Positions 13,226-27,200 are shown, numbered from the stretch's first letter. The stretch: DNA of 64,000 nucleotides from Epiperipatus broadwayi (GCA_028023455.1 JAQFVV010000003.1:7750001-7814000); one strand, 5' to 3'. A program made the numbers and translations. Notes: generated by a model from the sequence alone, not told the origin.

Positions 13226-13590
13226 GTTTTTTAGGATCTAATGCACCTTTCTTCTAGCCACCATGTTTAATTTCTCTAATCTCCTATCAAGTTTATAACT
13301 TATAGGCCCAAATTGAATAACATAAATATTTTCATTCTAAACTAATTTGCCTGTATAGTCATATAAATCTGAAACTAGTTCAGTACTTATGTATTATGTT
13401 GCTTTTTTAATAACTATAAACACCTCTATTCTGTGGCCATGATTAGTATAAAAACAATAAAATATTACATCTCCAGCTGATATGTTGCTGTTCAGCAGCT
13501 TATTTTATTTTTTCATTACAACTATCCCATCAAATGTAAATTTTAGAACTAAAAGGTGCCAAGTGATAGTGCTTAATAAAGGTCTATTAA
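13226..13590 (-). repeat. Old PLE-pLTR-related repeat; inverted partner at ~16935-17285
   Basis: The reverse complement shares ggtgcattagatcctaa, gattgaaaa/tgtttttcaa, ttattaagcactat and gctgaacagc blocks with 16935-17285, and partly with family A (51700-51800). Confidence 0.45.
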
Positions 13591-13688
13591 TTGCTGTGAT
13601 GACAGTAAAAGAATATTTTCCTAAATAGAAATGTGTAAGCTGAAGTCATGATACTTAATTGGTTTTATATCTATTTTGACTGCAGAAT

Positions 13689-16600
13689 TGAAATGTCCAC
13701 ACTTATAAAACTGTAAATGTAAATGAAAGATTATTTATTTTTGTAAATACACACGGATTTCTTCATTTAATATTTCCTTTATTGGAGATAGTCTAGAAAT
13801 TCACTGGAGAGATCATCCCAAAATTATGTAGAAAAATAGGATAGAATTTCTATGCAAATAAAGCTAATTACATACAAATTAGATCATATATATATTTATT
13901 CCCCGGTAAATGAAGAAGAGGGAGGAAGCTGCTAAAATGGTTAGACTGGCGTAAAGTTAGTGTTGATTTGAAGTGGTAACAGATCAGCAGTAAAGAATGG
14001 CTTAATTATACAGTAATAGATCAAAACTAGCAGTGATTAAATATAAAATGGAATAGTTGCAAGCAAGAAGCAGTTATTTGTTTATGTATTGAAAATGTTA
14101 TTACCAGCGAAGAATAATTAACTGAAACTTAACGAAATCGCAGGAGACAAGTTAGAAATGGAGATGGTTAATATATAACATATAAATTAAGCACTGATGT
14201 TGCAAACTTTAATAGATTTATTCTATATGTGAAATTAGATATGCTTATTTGTGTTTTAAGAGACATTTGATTTGAAAGCACAAATATAATAACTGGATTA
14301 CTCCCTGGTATGAAAGAAGACTTTTGACCCAAGGAAAATAAACAGCATATAAATATGTTGTTTTTACCACATTATTATTTGTTATTAAATAAATTTTATT
14401 ATATATATGCATTTCAAAGTATATTGTTTATTTATTTATCTTCCTAACTGGCTTTTGCAGATCATCAGGATACAGCAGTTGGCATTGATACAGGATAACA
14501 TCTATTGCGAATAATAAAATATAGAAATACTAAGGTTTGTAATCTGTGAATTCGATATAACCAACATGGACTCGAAATATGTAGAACATGTAGAGGTCAA
14601 AATGTTATACAGCTTGCAAATAGACTTACGGATCCCAAACATTTGGACAAACTTCTCTATAAAGAAGTTGTAGAAATTTTAAATAGATATTTTGCTCTGA
14701 GAGTATTGAAATGGGTAGTGTGTGTGAGATTGAGAAACTGAAAACAACTACCACATGAAAAATACATGGACTGTGATTTAGCTCTAAGATTGTCTAAACA
14801 GTGTGATTTTGGTCTGGAAATAAATGACATATTATTGGAATATGTCATAGAGGATGAAAATTTCTGAAAAGTATTGCTCAGCGCTCCTGACCTAAATTAT
14901 AAAAGGGCTGAGAAGAAATGTGTCACACAAGAAGCTTTACTAAATAATGCATTGCAGTTTATAGAGCCACAACAGTTGAGGAAAGCTTCACCAACAAATC
15001 ACAATGTAGCAAAATTTATTACATAGGCCTGAAATGATAGAAACTAGCAAAAGTGCTGCTGTTGTGATAAATCCAATTATTTTAAAACTTAGTGTAAACA
15101 GAGAAATAATATTTTAGAAACAGTGACAAAAAAGGTCATTTAGCAGCTGTCTATTGTTTTAGGAAGAGCAGAGTTATTGATTTCGTAAAACTGGACTATA
15201 AATCTAAGAACAGATTAAATTATGAGAATGTTAATGTCAGTATAAAAAGGTTGAATGACAGAGAAATGAACTATATTTTTAGATGCAGTTATTTGTGGCA
15301 AACAGGAAAAGCTGGTCTATCAATGATATCTTGCAGAGATTGGATTAAAATTAGTGGAAAATATTAAAAAAAGGTAACATTTCAAGATACAAATGTGATA
15401 GCTATAGGTATAAATGGCATTAAAAATTGATACTTGAGAAAAAATAGTACTGCCTGCAAAGTTAGTTTCTAGTGTGAAATAGCTGACACTTTATATAGTA
15501 AATAAAATTTTCAGTCCATTATTAGTAAGAAATTGATTTCTACTACTGGGTATTCACATAAATGTGAATAATAAGTTGTTAAACTCTAGAACTTTAAATA
15601 CTGGTAGTATGGTTTAAACAAATTTGGTATGGAAAAAATCTTGGACTCCTCATACTCAATTAACAAAGCTAGTACCATTTGCTTATAAAAATGATAAAGT
15701 TCAAAATTGGAACAAGTTCCAAGTAGGAGAAAAAACATGGATTCGCAACTTATTTAATTGTAAATGGATGCCTGATTATGTAGTCAAAGTAATATCAAAG
15801 GATATAAGAATAATAAAATTACAGAATGTGTGAGAGTTGAAAAAACATGTTAAACACCTTCACTGTCGTAATGAGCATACCTTGCCAGATATTCATCTAA
15901 TTAAATCATCAGAGAAGGAATTAGAAAAAAAAATTTTTTTCATTGGAAGATTTAATTACTGATTCAGACCAAGTTAAAGTAATTGATGATAAACAAATGT
16001 TTGTATGGGAAGAAAAAGAAAGCGGAACTACTTCAACAGAAAAAAAAAAGAAAATTATTCCCAAAACTCTACTTGACAAGTTTAAAAATGTAATAATAAA
16101 TTAAGTCAGTATTAATAGAGTAGGGAGAGGAGTGAAATGTCCGTGCATATAAAAATGTAAATAAAAAGATTATTTATTTTTGTAAATATGCACAGATTTC
16201 TTCACTTTAATAACATTCCCTTTATTGGAGAAATTTAGTCTAGAAATTTGCTAGAGCGATTTGTATGCAAATAAAGCTAGTTGCATACAAATTAGATCGT
16301 GTGTATACATTTATTCCCTGCTAATTGAAGAAGAGGGAGGAAGCAGCTAAAATGGTTAAATTGGAGTAAAGTTAGTGTTCATTTGAAGTGATAACAGAAC
16401 AGCAGTAGGATGATCAATAGTAGATTAGTCAATTGACTAGCAATGATTAAAACTAAAATGGAATAGTTGCAAACAAGAAGCAGTTACTTGTTTGTGCATT
16501 GAAAAGATTATTACTAGTGAAGAGTAATTAACTGAAGCTTAACCAAACTGCAAGAGACAAGTTGGAAATGGAGATGGTTAATATATAACTTATAAATTGT

Positions 16601-16879
16601 GTATGCTGAAGTAAGCACTGATATTGTGAACTTTAATAGTGAAATTAGATATGCTTATTTGTGTTTCAAGAAATATTTGATTTAAAAGCACAAATATAAT
16701 AACTGGATTACTCCTGGTGTGAAAGAAGACTATTTTCAGCCGAGGAAATTAGCAGCATATGAATATTAATAGATTAATGTTGTTTTTACTATATAAATCT
16801 TATTTTATATATATTTTGAAGTATATAGTTTTTTTATTTAGCTCTCTAACTGATCTTTAGAGACCTTCAGGACCCAGTA
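13689..16879 (+). mobile_element. Internally deleted Mag-like Ty3/Gypsy LTR retrotransposon (gag, protease remnant, integrase tail)
   Basis: LTRs 13689-14477 and 16133-16879; exact 5-bp TSD AGAAT (13684-13688, 16880-16884); PBS-like TGGCATTGATACAGGAT at 14480; PPT agagtagggagaggag. Decayed gag includes tandem zinc-knuckle remnants near 15050-15155 (..KGHLAAV.C). ORF 15624-15833 has FQVGEKTWIRN..KW.P. Confidence 0.85.
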
Positions 16880-16934
16880 AGAATAAAGATGCCTATAGTT
16901 GTTAGAAACTTAAGGACATTATCATATATAAATA

Positions 16935-17285
16935 TTGAATTAGTGTCAGATCTATATAATTATATAGGCAAGTTGGCTTAGATTGAAAATGAATGTTTTT
17001 CAACTTGGGTTGATAGCTTAATAGGTAAAACAGGGAAGTAAAAGATGACTCTAGAAGGAAGGTGCATTAGATCCTAAACTTCCAGATAGATTGTTCCAAA
17101 ATCCATAACTTCTTTCTGGTCTGGTGATATTGAATAAGACAATGCTGGATAGGTATTTATTAAGCACTATTATGATGTGTCTATTAGTTACTGAAGATTA
17201 TATTTGGTGGCAGAGCTGTGATGAAAGAAAAAGAGAATGTTGCTGAACAGCATGTAAGCTGAAATGATGTGATAGAATCATATAC
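16935..17285 (+). repeat. Old PLE-pLTR-related repeat (inverted partner of 13226-13590)
   Basis: Shares the blocks listed for 13226-13590. Confidence 0.45.
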
Positions 17286-18142
17286 TATCTAATAGTATTT
17301 AGCAAATGATATTGTAATTTAATCCACATTTCCACATTGTTTTTGGTTTTTGTCTTTATAAATGAGAATTTGACATTTAAAGCTGGAGAGCATTGCAATT
17401 ATGCATCTGCTATCACTTTTAATTTCTCTTTTATTATCAAGTTAATAGTCTAAAATTCAGATGTATGTAGTTTATATAGATCTGATATTGGTTCAGTAAC
17501 TATATATTTTAATAATATAAATTCTATTCTAACTATATGTCTCTTTTTTCTTTACTTAGGAATGCTAATATCAGCATAACATTATTTGATTATTTCATCT
17601 TACTACAATATTATAAACAAGACCTGTTCTTTCTCTAATCCAGAACCACTCCTTGTAAACTGGAATATATAGCTGCTGATTTGATGTTAGATTTATGAAG
17701 TTTGGCAAGCGGGTGGCCTGGTTTCAAATTCTTATTAGCCTAATAGTAAGAAATGGTGATCATGTGATGTTTAGTGGTTTAGCCTAATAGTAAAAAAAAA
17801 TTAGTTAAAGTTAGCAGCCTGATGCATAATAGCATTGGTTTCAGTTTTGATTCCCAGATTCTCTTTGATAAAAACAAAAGTCAGAAACCGTTCTGGGAAT
17901 TCCTAAATTATCTGATAACTACTAATTAGTCAAGCTTACAATGAATGGCACTAGAGTAGAGAAAGAGGTTTTTTTTTTGTTTCTAATACTCTAGTAAGAT
18001 GAAATAATAAATAAGATATATACAGATATTACTTGAAAGTATTAATTAAGTGCATATCATAAATTTCCTGGAATATAAATTTACTGATAGCTCTTAATTA
18101 CTTATGTTATTGTCTTTTTTGTTATCAAATTATTTGTTTTAG

Positions 18143-18256
18143 TTATCATCAAGTGCATTTCAGTAAAGGAGAATTTGGTGGTTTTTGTGAATATAAAGAA
18201 GACAATTTACTAAAAGAAGGTGGGCACACTGCACCAGGATTTACCCTCAGCTCATG
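18143..18256 (+). CDS. EOGT: EOGT-like exon (YHQVHFSKGEFGGFCEYKEDNLLKEGGHTAPGFTLSS)
   Basis: ttttag/GTAATG sites, phase 2 in and out. Matches the EOGT G-E-x-G-G-x-C ... L-x-S-W segment. Confidence 0.9.
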
Positions 18257-18988
18257 GTAATGTTATTATAAATAAAATTTGATAATTCTTATTTTAAATA
18301 TAATATTATTTAAAAAGGACTGAGTACAACAAGTTTCACTTAATTTTTTATACTGATCTTTTTTCTCTCATTTATGAATGATTCAGAATCCATGAGCTCT
18401 TGAATTTGTCTTCTTAGTATTGGAACTAAAGTGCTCATATATTTAATCTTTGTTAAAGCTATTTGCATATTCTTATATATAACCAATGATTTATATATAT
18501 ATATAATAATATTATAATTCGATGTCTGTATTTCTGTAAATCAATATACGTAATCATATAATTGAATATTTATAAATAAAATAATTTGAAATATGACTGT
18601 TAATTAAGTCTTGTTTGTTTTTAATTAACAGACAGGCAACAAACATTAAGATCATGGAATTGTGGGAAGGTTAGCTTTTCAAAGTGTTAGTTGACAAAGA
18701 CTATGAGAATAGTCGAAAGCGTTCCTAAGTGGATAAAAAAAATTTAAAGTTATTACTTTACATATTTCTGATTACTGCATTTATAAATATTTAATTATAA
18801 GATTACATATATATATATATAGCAATATATATATATGAAAAACAAAAACAAGTTATAAATCACGTAACTTGCTATCGCTTGCATTTATGATCAATAGATG
18901 GAGCTTTACCAAAACCACCGAACAAGCGTATTTTTGTTTACATAAACGTCAAAAGAGTCAGAATTCACTATCTCTTTCATTGGCTCCA

Positions 18989-19035
18989 CCTTCAGGTCAG
19001 CTGATTTCAAGCTAATTTGCTATCATCAGTGAAGG
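18989..19035 (-). ncRNA. Type I hammerhead ribozyme motif, cleavage triplet mutated (ACC)
   Basis: The minus strand reads CCTTCA-CTGATGA-TAGCAAATTAGCTT-GAAA-TCAGCTGACC-TGAAGG; U16.1 is replaced by C. Confidence 0.7.
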
Positions 19036-19571
19036 ATAGGGCTAGAAACTAGATTTAAGCACTGACTCCAAGCGTTTATGCAACAAGTTCCTATCAGTTT
19101 GCAAGCATGAATTTTTCAGACACATAATGTCTTCAAACCTAGCCTAACAAGCCAGATAGCTACATGGGTCTGATATCAGTTCAGTTTCACCATATAGTCA
19201 AAGCCTCTGCAATATATATCATTTCAAAAACCTTTAAAGGTACATTTATGAAAAACAAATTCTAAATCACGTAACTTGCTATCACTTGCATTTATGATCA
19301 ATAGATGGAGCTTTACCAAAACCACCAAACAAGCGTATTTTTGTTTACATAAATGTCAAAAGAGTACCTTTAAAGGTTTTTGCAATGATATATATTGTAG
19401 AGGCTTTGACTAGGTGGTGAAACTGAACTGATATCAGACCCATGTAGTTATCTGGTGTGTTAGGCTGGGTTTGAAGACATTACGGGTCTGAAAAATTTAT
19501 GCTTGCAAACAGATAGGAACTTGTTGCATAAAAGCTTGGAGTCAGTGTTTAGATCTAATTTCTAGACCTAT

Positions 19572-19618
19572 CCTTCACTGATGATAGCAAATTAGCTTGA
19601 AATCAGCTGATCTGAAGG
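19572..19618 (+). ncRNA. Type I hammerhead ribozyme motif with intact core (predicted cleavage after AUC at 19612)
   Basis: Stem I CCTTCA/TGAAGG is a perfect 6 bp. Core CTGATGA 19578-84 and GAAA 19599-602; stem II AGC/GCT; stem III is the palindrome ATCAGCTGAT. Confidence 0.8.
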
Positions 19619-22600
19619 TGGAGCCAACGAAAGAGATAGTGAATTCTGACTCTTTTGACGTTTATGTAAACAAAAATACGCTTATTCGATGGTTTTGGTA
19701 AAGCTCCATCTATTGATCATATATATATAGCATAAAAAAGCTTCATGATCTTGAAATAAACAGCTCAATATTTTGAGATGTAATACATTTCCAGAGAAAG
19801 TATATACTAGTGGAGGCATGATTAGAGTTTTAGTAAACAGTGTGATGACACAGTTGGATTAGGAGCTTACTTACTGACTTTTCACACTGCGAATGATCTT
19901 TTGCCTGTCTTATATGTCGAAAAAAATGTAAAAGTACATTGGCCATTTTTACTCATGAAAATATTTGTTAATATAAAATATAAAAATATTTCATCTCTAT
20001 ATGAATATTATATAAAATATTTAGCTAACAACTCTCAGCAAAATATATTTTTCAGATCTATTACATATACAGTATATTAAAATGCTTCAGCCTTGCAATT
20101 TCATTAACAATATTAAATAGTTAAGTCTTTTACATTAAATAATGTTGTTTGGCATATATGTAATAATATACAAAAAATGATTGTAAACTATTCTAAAATA
20201 TATTATTAAATTGTAAAAAATTAATATTTTCATTTTTTGATTTTTATAATTATGGTAATAAGTGAAAACATGTTTATTCTGTTTAATTTTGAAACAAGAT
20301 CAGATTTGTTTTTGAGAGAAAATTCTATTTGTTGTATAAAAACTAATAATGGTATTTATCAAAGTGTTTATCTTTATCTAATTAAGAAGTTGTTAATTTG
20401 TTTTTTAGTAACAAAACATTTTTCCATAGGTATATTGAATAATATAAAAGACTCCTGCAAACTTGAAAATTCAGTTTTATTAGTATAATCAACAGCATTT
20501 ACAATGTTAGTAGTAGAAGAAAACTGTTGCTCAAGAGGGGTGAATGAGTAGGTTAAGGTTAATAATTATTGCTGATATCCTCATTCCTGAAATGATAATG
20601 GAGTAAGAAACTTTTTTGGATTATTTGCAACTTATTTATTATAAGTGATATTTGAAATCTCTTCTCAAATATAAACTATATAGAAACCCTAAAGAAAATT
20701 TTATTTCAACTACAAAGTAATCTGTTGAGAAATGATAACACAAAAACTCAATGGATTAATAGATTTCATACTGATTAAATACATTCTGTGTGAGTTTACA
20801 TATATAGATAGAAAAAATCCATGAAATTAAATTATAAGGAGTCATAATTGCAGTTAGAGAATTCTCAAAATATGGAAAAAAAATTATTAACTGTAAAAGT
20901 TCATCAGGGTGCATACAGATCGATTTTTTTTTTTTAAAAAAGCCTATATATATATATAAAAGAGTATTGTATTATTTTTATTTATTGTGCTTAAATTTTT
21001 ATATATCTGGTAATTTCTATATCTAAATTAAATCTATTTGATACTCTTAATATGCATAATAATATTTTAAAAGTATATATTAAACCAGGATGTTTTCTCA
21101 TTGCATACTAAGTCAGGATTACTTTATTCATTTAGATATATATTTATAATCAGATGATGTTATTTGAACTAGGATTTGGAATGAGTATTTACTTGGAAAC
21201 ATATCTTGATTAGCCCTTTTATATATAAAGCTTGTCATATTATAATAAATATTATATTTTGTGAAGTTCATATGTATTAATATTATTATTTATATTACTT
21301 ATTATTATTGTTAATTGAATATTTTGAAATCCAGTCTCAGCTTTTTGTTCTGAATTAATATTTTTCCTATATATGGTTAATTACTGACACTGGTTAAATG
21401 TTATCTTGATCACATGTTCTCACAAGCTGGATGAATTTTTTTCCATTAAACAAGTTCTTTAGTGGGCTATAACATGCATAGATGTATGTTCAGGTTTACT
21501 GATCAGATGTTTATGTTGAGGAGAAATAGCACCCTAAAATAAATATTTCTTCTATTGATATAGAGATTATACAAGTAACACTTTAGTTTTTGCTATAAGT
21601 ATATGCTTACATATATTGAATGCTAGTTGAATTACTGTGCCACAAGGTTTATTTAAGAGTGGCTTGATTATATGTGATCATTGTCAACAGTATCAACAAA
21701 GATTACTTACCACTTTGGTTATATACAATTACGTATTTAGCGATCTAATATGAAGTCAGGCTAGTTAGTTGATTCTGTATTTGAAGATTCAACTATGAAA
21801 GTAAATATATGATCATTATCATTATATAATACAAATTTCTCATACTGCTATAATATATTGACTTTTAACAAGGACTTCAGTTTACATTGAGCTATTTAAA
21901 AGCTGTTTTATCTTATATTATACAGGGTGTATTAAAGATTTTTTTTATAGGGGATGCAAATTTTTAAATATAAATGGAAATTTTCATATAATTAGCTAGA
22001 TAAATATTTCAGCTATGATATAAAAAAAATGCACAACTAATTAAAACTATTAGATCAAACTGAAACCACATGATCTAGTAAAAAAAATAATAGAACCCAT
22101 ATTTTAGCTTGAAGTATTCAAATACTAAATCATGTGTTTTGAGCTTGCCCAGTTTTAATTAGGTGTAGCTTTGGTTATACCATAGATGAAATATTTATCT
22201 GTATTTTCACATAGACATTCCCATTTATATTTAATATTCACATACTGTATATATGTGCATATACCAATGAAAAATGCCAAAAACTAAAGTAGAAATAATA
22301 TTAATTTAACTACATCTTAAACTTTTAACCAAATTTTATATTAGTATACAAATTGCCAATTGACTTCATTTTCTTACACAATCTTTTTAAGTTGAACAAA
22401 AAATGAAATAAAATGAAAACAATTAAAGTCACAACACATTACCACAATTCAAAGCAACATTCCAACCGCCTTTAGTGCATGCCTTTAACTTTGCAGATGG
22501 TTGTAATGTAGTTTTGGATTATGGATAAATGTTTAGTAGTTAAATGGGTTTCATTTAATTTTACTTTTGTGCGACCTGAAAAAATAGTGTAAAGAAACAA

Positions 22601-22722
22601 AATTAATTATTAATTTATGTTATATAGAAATTTGTCTAGAAATATAGTCAGTGTGGTTTAAATATATATGCAATCTTATTACTCATACATTAATAATACA
22701 CGTTTTTTTTATCTCTGAAAAG

Positions 22723-22829
22723 GTATGATGAGCTGAAATACTTTTCATCATTGAACTTTAGACCATTCAGTAATAGACATTGTGATGTTGTTGTTAATAA
22801 ACCTACATTTTTTTTGAAATTAGATGCAG
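22723..22829 (+). CDS. EOGT: EOGT-like exon (YDELKYFSSLNFRPFSNRHCDVVVNKPTFFLKLDA)
   Basis: AG/GTATAT sites; completes TG|G = Trp with exon 18143. Matches the EOGT LNFRP...CD.V..KPT.F.KLDAG motif. Confidence 0.95.
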
Positions 22830-22930
22830 GTATATAATCTCCTATTTAATTAAATATATTTATTGTTTTGTTTTTTCATTTGCATGAAAGTGTTGACTTT
22901 TTTTTTGGTACTTTTTATTGTTTGTTTTAG

Positions 22931-23034
22931 GAGTAAATTTATATCATCATTTCTGCAACTATTTTAATTTATATCTTACTCAACATTTCATTAGCAACTT
23001 TTCCAAAGACATTAATTTAATATACTGGCATCCA
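22931..23034 (+). CDS. EOGT: EOGT-like exon ([35 protein letters not shown])
   Basis: ttttag/GTAAGT sites after a 101-nt intron. Matches the EOGT GVNMYHHFCDF.NLY.TQH motif. Confidence 0.95.
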
Positions 23035-23619
23035 GTAAGTATCATTTTATGTAAATTATATTATTATTATTAAATGACATTCTATATAATGCACAGGAGT
23101 GACTTATGATCATTTCTTTTTGGACAGTTTAAGGTGTTTTGCTTTTGCTTTGATTTTGTTCTACTAACATCATCATCACCTTAGAGAAAAAAATAAGAGA
23201 AGAAAAAGTGAAATTTAGTATAGATATTTCAACAGATAAGAAATATAATGAATAGATGGAAAAGATTTATTTAATTTTGTAAATTAAATATTTTTTATTT
23301 TAGCTTGTATGTAATTTGTATGAAATTCTTTTCCTCTAACTGGATAGTAATTAGTAATGTGAATAAATTCCCCTATTTTAGTTTCTCAATGATTGGCATT
23401 TTTTCATAAAAAAAATACTGCTTCAAACAAAAACAACAAAATCTGATAAGCTAGAAATAGTTTGTGAGAATTTTTTTTATTAGAATCTGGAATTCATTGA
23501 TAGCCTATGCTTACTGAATAGTCTTCAGGGTATGAAAAAAGAAATTACTGCATACATAATAAGATAATAACTTTCTGAATTATAATTCAAAATTAAATGT
23601 TCTGTGCACTTTAATATAG

Positions 23620-23720
23620 TGATAGAGTGATCAACTCAAGAGCTGATTGTTCCTGGATTAGAGCTCAACCTTCGCTTCTGATGCAGGAACATGAGTGTCT
23701 AACCAATCGACTATTATCAT
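23620..23720 (-). mobile_element. Possible decayed tRNA-derived SINE head
   Basis: The minus strand has an A-box-like tagtcgattggttag and a weak B-box-like segment. No TSD. Confidence 0.3.
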
Positions 23721-24272
23721 TAATAAAGATATTTTAATGATGTGTTTGATTTCAGCTTCATAGGGAGCAGAAAGAATCCCCCCCTAATGACATCTCTCTG
23801 TTTAATTCCAGAAAGCATGTGGGCAAACTCCTAATTCCATCTGACTGATAGGAAGTATTAGATTTGCATTATTTCCATCCATTAACCCATTTTTACTTTT
23901 ATTTTGCTAAGTTGATGACTTGATAATTCAAACATAAGATTTTGAAGTCAAGCTATTTAGTTAATATTTTTACGTAGTTCTGACATGTAAAAAAACTATA
24001 AGTGACTCACTTTCTAGCTAAGTGCTGATATCTTTGATCTTTTATCATAAAGATAGTAAAAGCTGTTTTCTATATATGTTTGTTGTCATTCTTTTGCTTT
24101 ACAAAGAAACGTTTTTGCCTGCACTTACCAATGATTGTAATAGAAATTGAAAATAATTGCCAATTACAATGAAAATATTTCATCATATGTACAATAAAAA
24201 CAAGAAGCACATATAAAAAGGATTAGTTTACAATTATGTAATAAAGATTAGAATTGTTCAAGTTATAGTATT

Positions 24273-27200
24273 TGCAATGTTATAGTGTTATAATATAGGT
24301 GTGTGCTGATATGTGTTTGTTTATGGGTATTGTTATTGTAAATAAATTATTTATTGCTGTAAATTGCCATTGCACAGCACTTGCATAATTATCCTTATCA
24401 TATTCACTCTAGAAAATTTACATAATTAGGATGTGCTGAAATTTAAATAAATTTATGCTAATTGATTATGTATTCAGAAGTCACTCAAGAAAAGAAGTAG
24501 AAAAATGTGATTAATTACATGTGTGCAAAAGCTACACACACTATAGAAGATGTCCTACATATAGAAACTGTCTTCCTAGAAGGTAAATATTTAGTTTTGT
24601 TTATCGATATTTATATATTTTATTATGAACATTATACACTTGTATTGAATTTTAGTTGTTGCTTTGTTTGTTATGTGATGCAATCCAACTGGTAATTAGT
24701 ATACCCCTGGGTATATAGAAGGTTGCTGCATTTGACAGAAGAACTTGTGCAAACAATATCAGACTGCCGCACTCAACAGAAAAACTATGCAAACAATAGC
24801 AGATTGCAGTACTCAATAGAAAGAATCCATAAAAATAATAGCAGATTGATGTAGAACCTGTAAGCAACAACAGATTTCCACAGGCTATTAGTGCATTTAA
24901 TGATTGAAAGATTTGAGACATTTGTGTATGAAATAAAAAAAATTGTCAATTCAATGGCATTAAATAATAATATTAAGGAATTTGATGTTAACAATGCAGC
25001 AAATTTGTCCTTGTACATAAAGTATATGGAGCAGTATATGCTCATTAACAAGATAGAGGATGACAACCTAAAGTTAGCAGCACTAATATGTCTGGGAGGT
25101 AAAGATGTTCTCGCAAATAGCAAAGTGTCTTTGTGAACTGAAGCCTTCAGAAGAAGTAGAAATTAAGCACACACTTTCAACCTGCAATATCAAAATAGGT
25201 GTTATATTTGCATTTCAGAAATAGAAACAAGCACTGAATAGGAAATAATCAATTATATGATATATACTACTGTGAGAGTTAGCAAAACAGTGTGAAAGAT
25301 GGTATGCTCCTTGGTCAATTGCTATAGGGCTGTGCTTTTCAACCGGTTGTCTGCAAACCATTGGTGGTATGCAAAAATCTTATAAATTTGTTCATATTTT
25401 TTACATGTATCTTACAATCTTTTAAATTATGTCTAATTTTATTAAATTTATTTTCAATTTTAAGATTTTATTTTGTTTGTTAGTTGTTTTATTCATAGAA
25501 TTCATAGAAAATAAACTAAGAAATAAAACTACAAGAAATACAAAAAAGCTTATATTTCCTAGTATCAGTCATTTAACAGTGCAAACACTGCATCATTAAT
25601 AATTTTATGCATAAGCTCTTAATGCACCAAGGTGGACTTTGATATGCACAAAAATAATCTAATAGTTGTCAGCCATATGTACTAAGTAGTTTGCCAAAGT
25701 CAGCCGATCAGAATTACACTGGCACGCAGTGATCTAAATTACTAGATAATAGGTGTGTACTATAAATTGAAGTATATTAAGTACTTGATATTAATTTTTT
25801 TGATATATTTTAGGCATTTAAAAATGAATAATAACAAAAAAACATCAAAAACTATTGCAAACGACAAAAATAGTAAAAGGGAGCTAGTTACGCATGGATT
25901 TTAAATCATGGAAAGAAAAATTAAGATTAAAACTGAAGCTAAAAAATAGATGATGTAGATAATAAGTATATTTCACTGATCATTAGGCTTCTCAGTCAAA
26001 CAATTAATGTGCAAATTGACAATAGCATGGAGCTTTCCTTAGTTTCACAGAAGAACTGGACACAAATAATATAGAATGCTTTCAATAGAACAAAAGAACT
26101 GCTTACTTCTGAAAAATTACTTGTGCATTATCATAATGACCAGAATACTAATATCACTGATGCCTTGGATTATGGTATAGGAGAAGTTATAACACATTGG
26201 TGCTATGGAGGGAGAATGCCCTATTACCTCCTGAACATTGATAACTGTGGAGAAAAATTATAGTCAGCTAAACAAAGAAACTCTGACAATATTATGTACA
26301 ATAAAAAAATTTCACCAGTGTGTTTATGGACATGAATTCAAAATTTTATTCTGACCACCTTCCATTAATGGGTATATTTGGTAATGGGAAGAAAACTCCA
26401 GAACATACCAGTCAGAGAATAATTGGTTAGATTAATACATTAAGCTGCATATGATTTTGATCTAATATATAACCCTAGTAAAGGAATTAGTCATTTGGAT
26501 GCATTATTAAAGTTACTGCATAATTAAGAGTTTGAGAATAAAACTATAGAGATTGATTACATAGACTCAATAGAAACAATGCAGTGGATAGCCCAATAGT
26601 TGCTAAAAGGACCAAACAGGATGCTGGCTACCAAGTCTTACAAAGTGGGTAAAACATGGTTGATCAAATAAACTCCCAAATTATGCATCAAAAGCTATTT
26701 GGAATTTCTACCTATCTATAAAAATTGTATGTTAGTGACAGACAGATTGCTCATACCCCAGAAGGTAGAAAGCAAGTATTAGCCTTGTTATATAAAGGAC
26801 ATCCAGAAATTGTAAGGATGAAATAATTAGCACAGTCTTATGTATGATGGTCAAACTTGAATAGTGAAATTGTGTAGACAATAAAATGTTATGTAGACTG
26901 CCAGTCCATGACTAAGATGCCACCGAAGAAATTGCAGCAACTAAGTCATGGGAGAAACTTCATTTAGATCACACTGGTCCATTTAATAGAAGTATCTTCT
27001 TTATATTTATAGATACTTATTCAAAATGGACAGAAAACAATAGTTCTAAAAATACAAGCATGGAAAATATTATGAAAACTTTGTACAAAATATTTGCATA
27101 TCATGGTTACTCTGAAATTATATTCTCTTATAATGGAACTGGTTTCATGCCTAGTTTTTTTAAGAACTTTTTAACCTCTAGAGGAATTTGCCATATTTTT

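Larger units (their letters stand above)
18834..19720. mobile_element. Hammerhead-bearing PLE-type fold-back insertion (family C): ~410-bp unit (-), partial tandem unit (-), inverted unit (+)
   Basis: 18885-19243 is the diverged reverse complement of 19363-19720, and 19247-19366 repeats 18834-18958. The flanks duplicate catatatatatagca. Confidence 0.85.

Noticed and set aside
18636-18670. Apparent mini-exon (W-QQTLRSWNCGK) with AG and GTTAGC sites after exon 18143
   Set aside because: It ends in phase 0 whereas exon 22723 needs phase 2. The direct 18256-22723 join restores the EOGT-like LSSWYDEL.
18834-19720. Fold-backs as amplification or assembly chimeras
   Set aside because: The arms differ at many positions and the flanks show target-type duplications. 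This artefact explanation remains open only for the perfect inner stem at 42035-42157.
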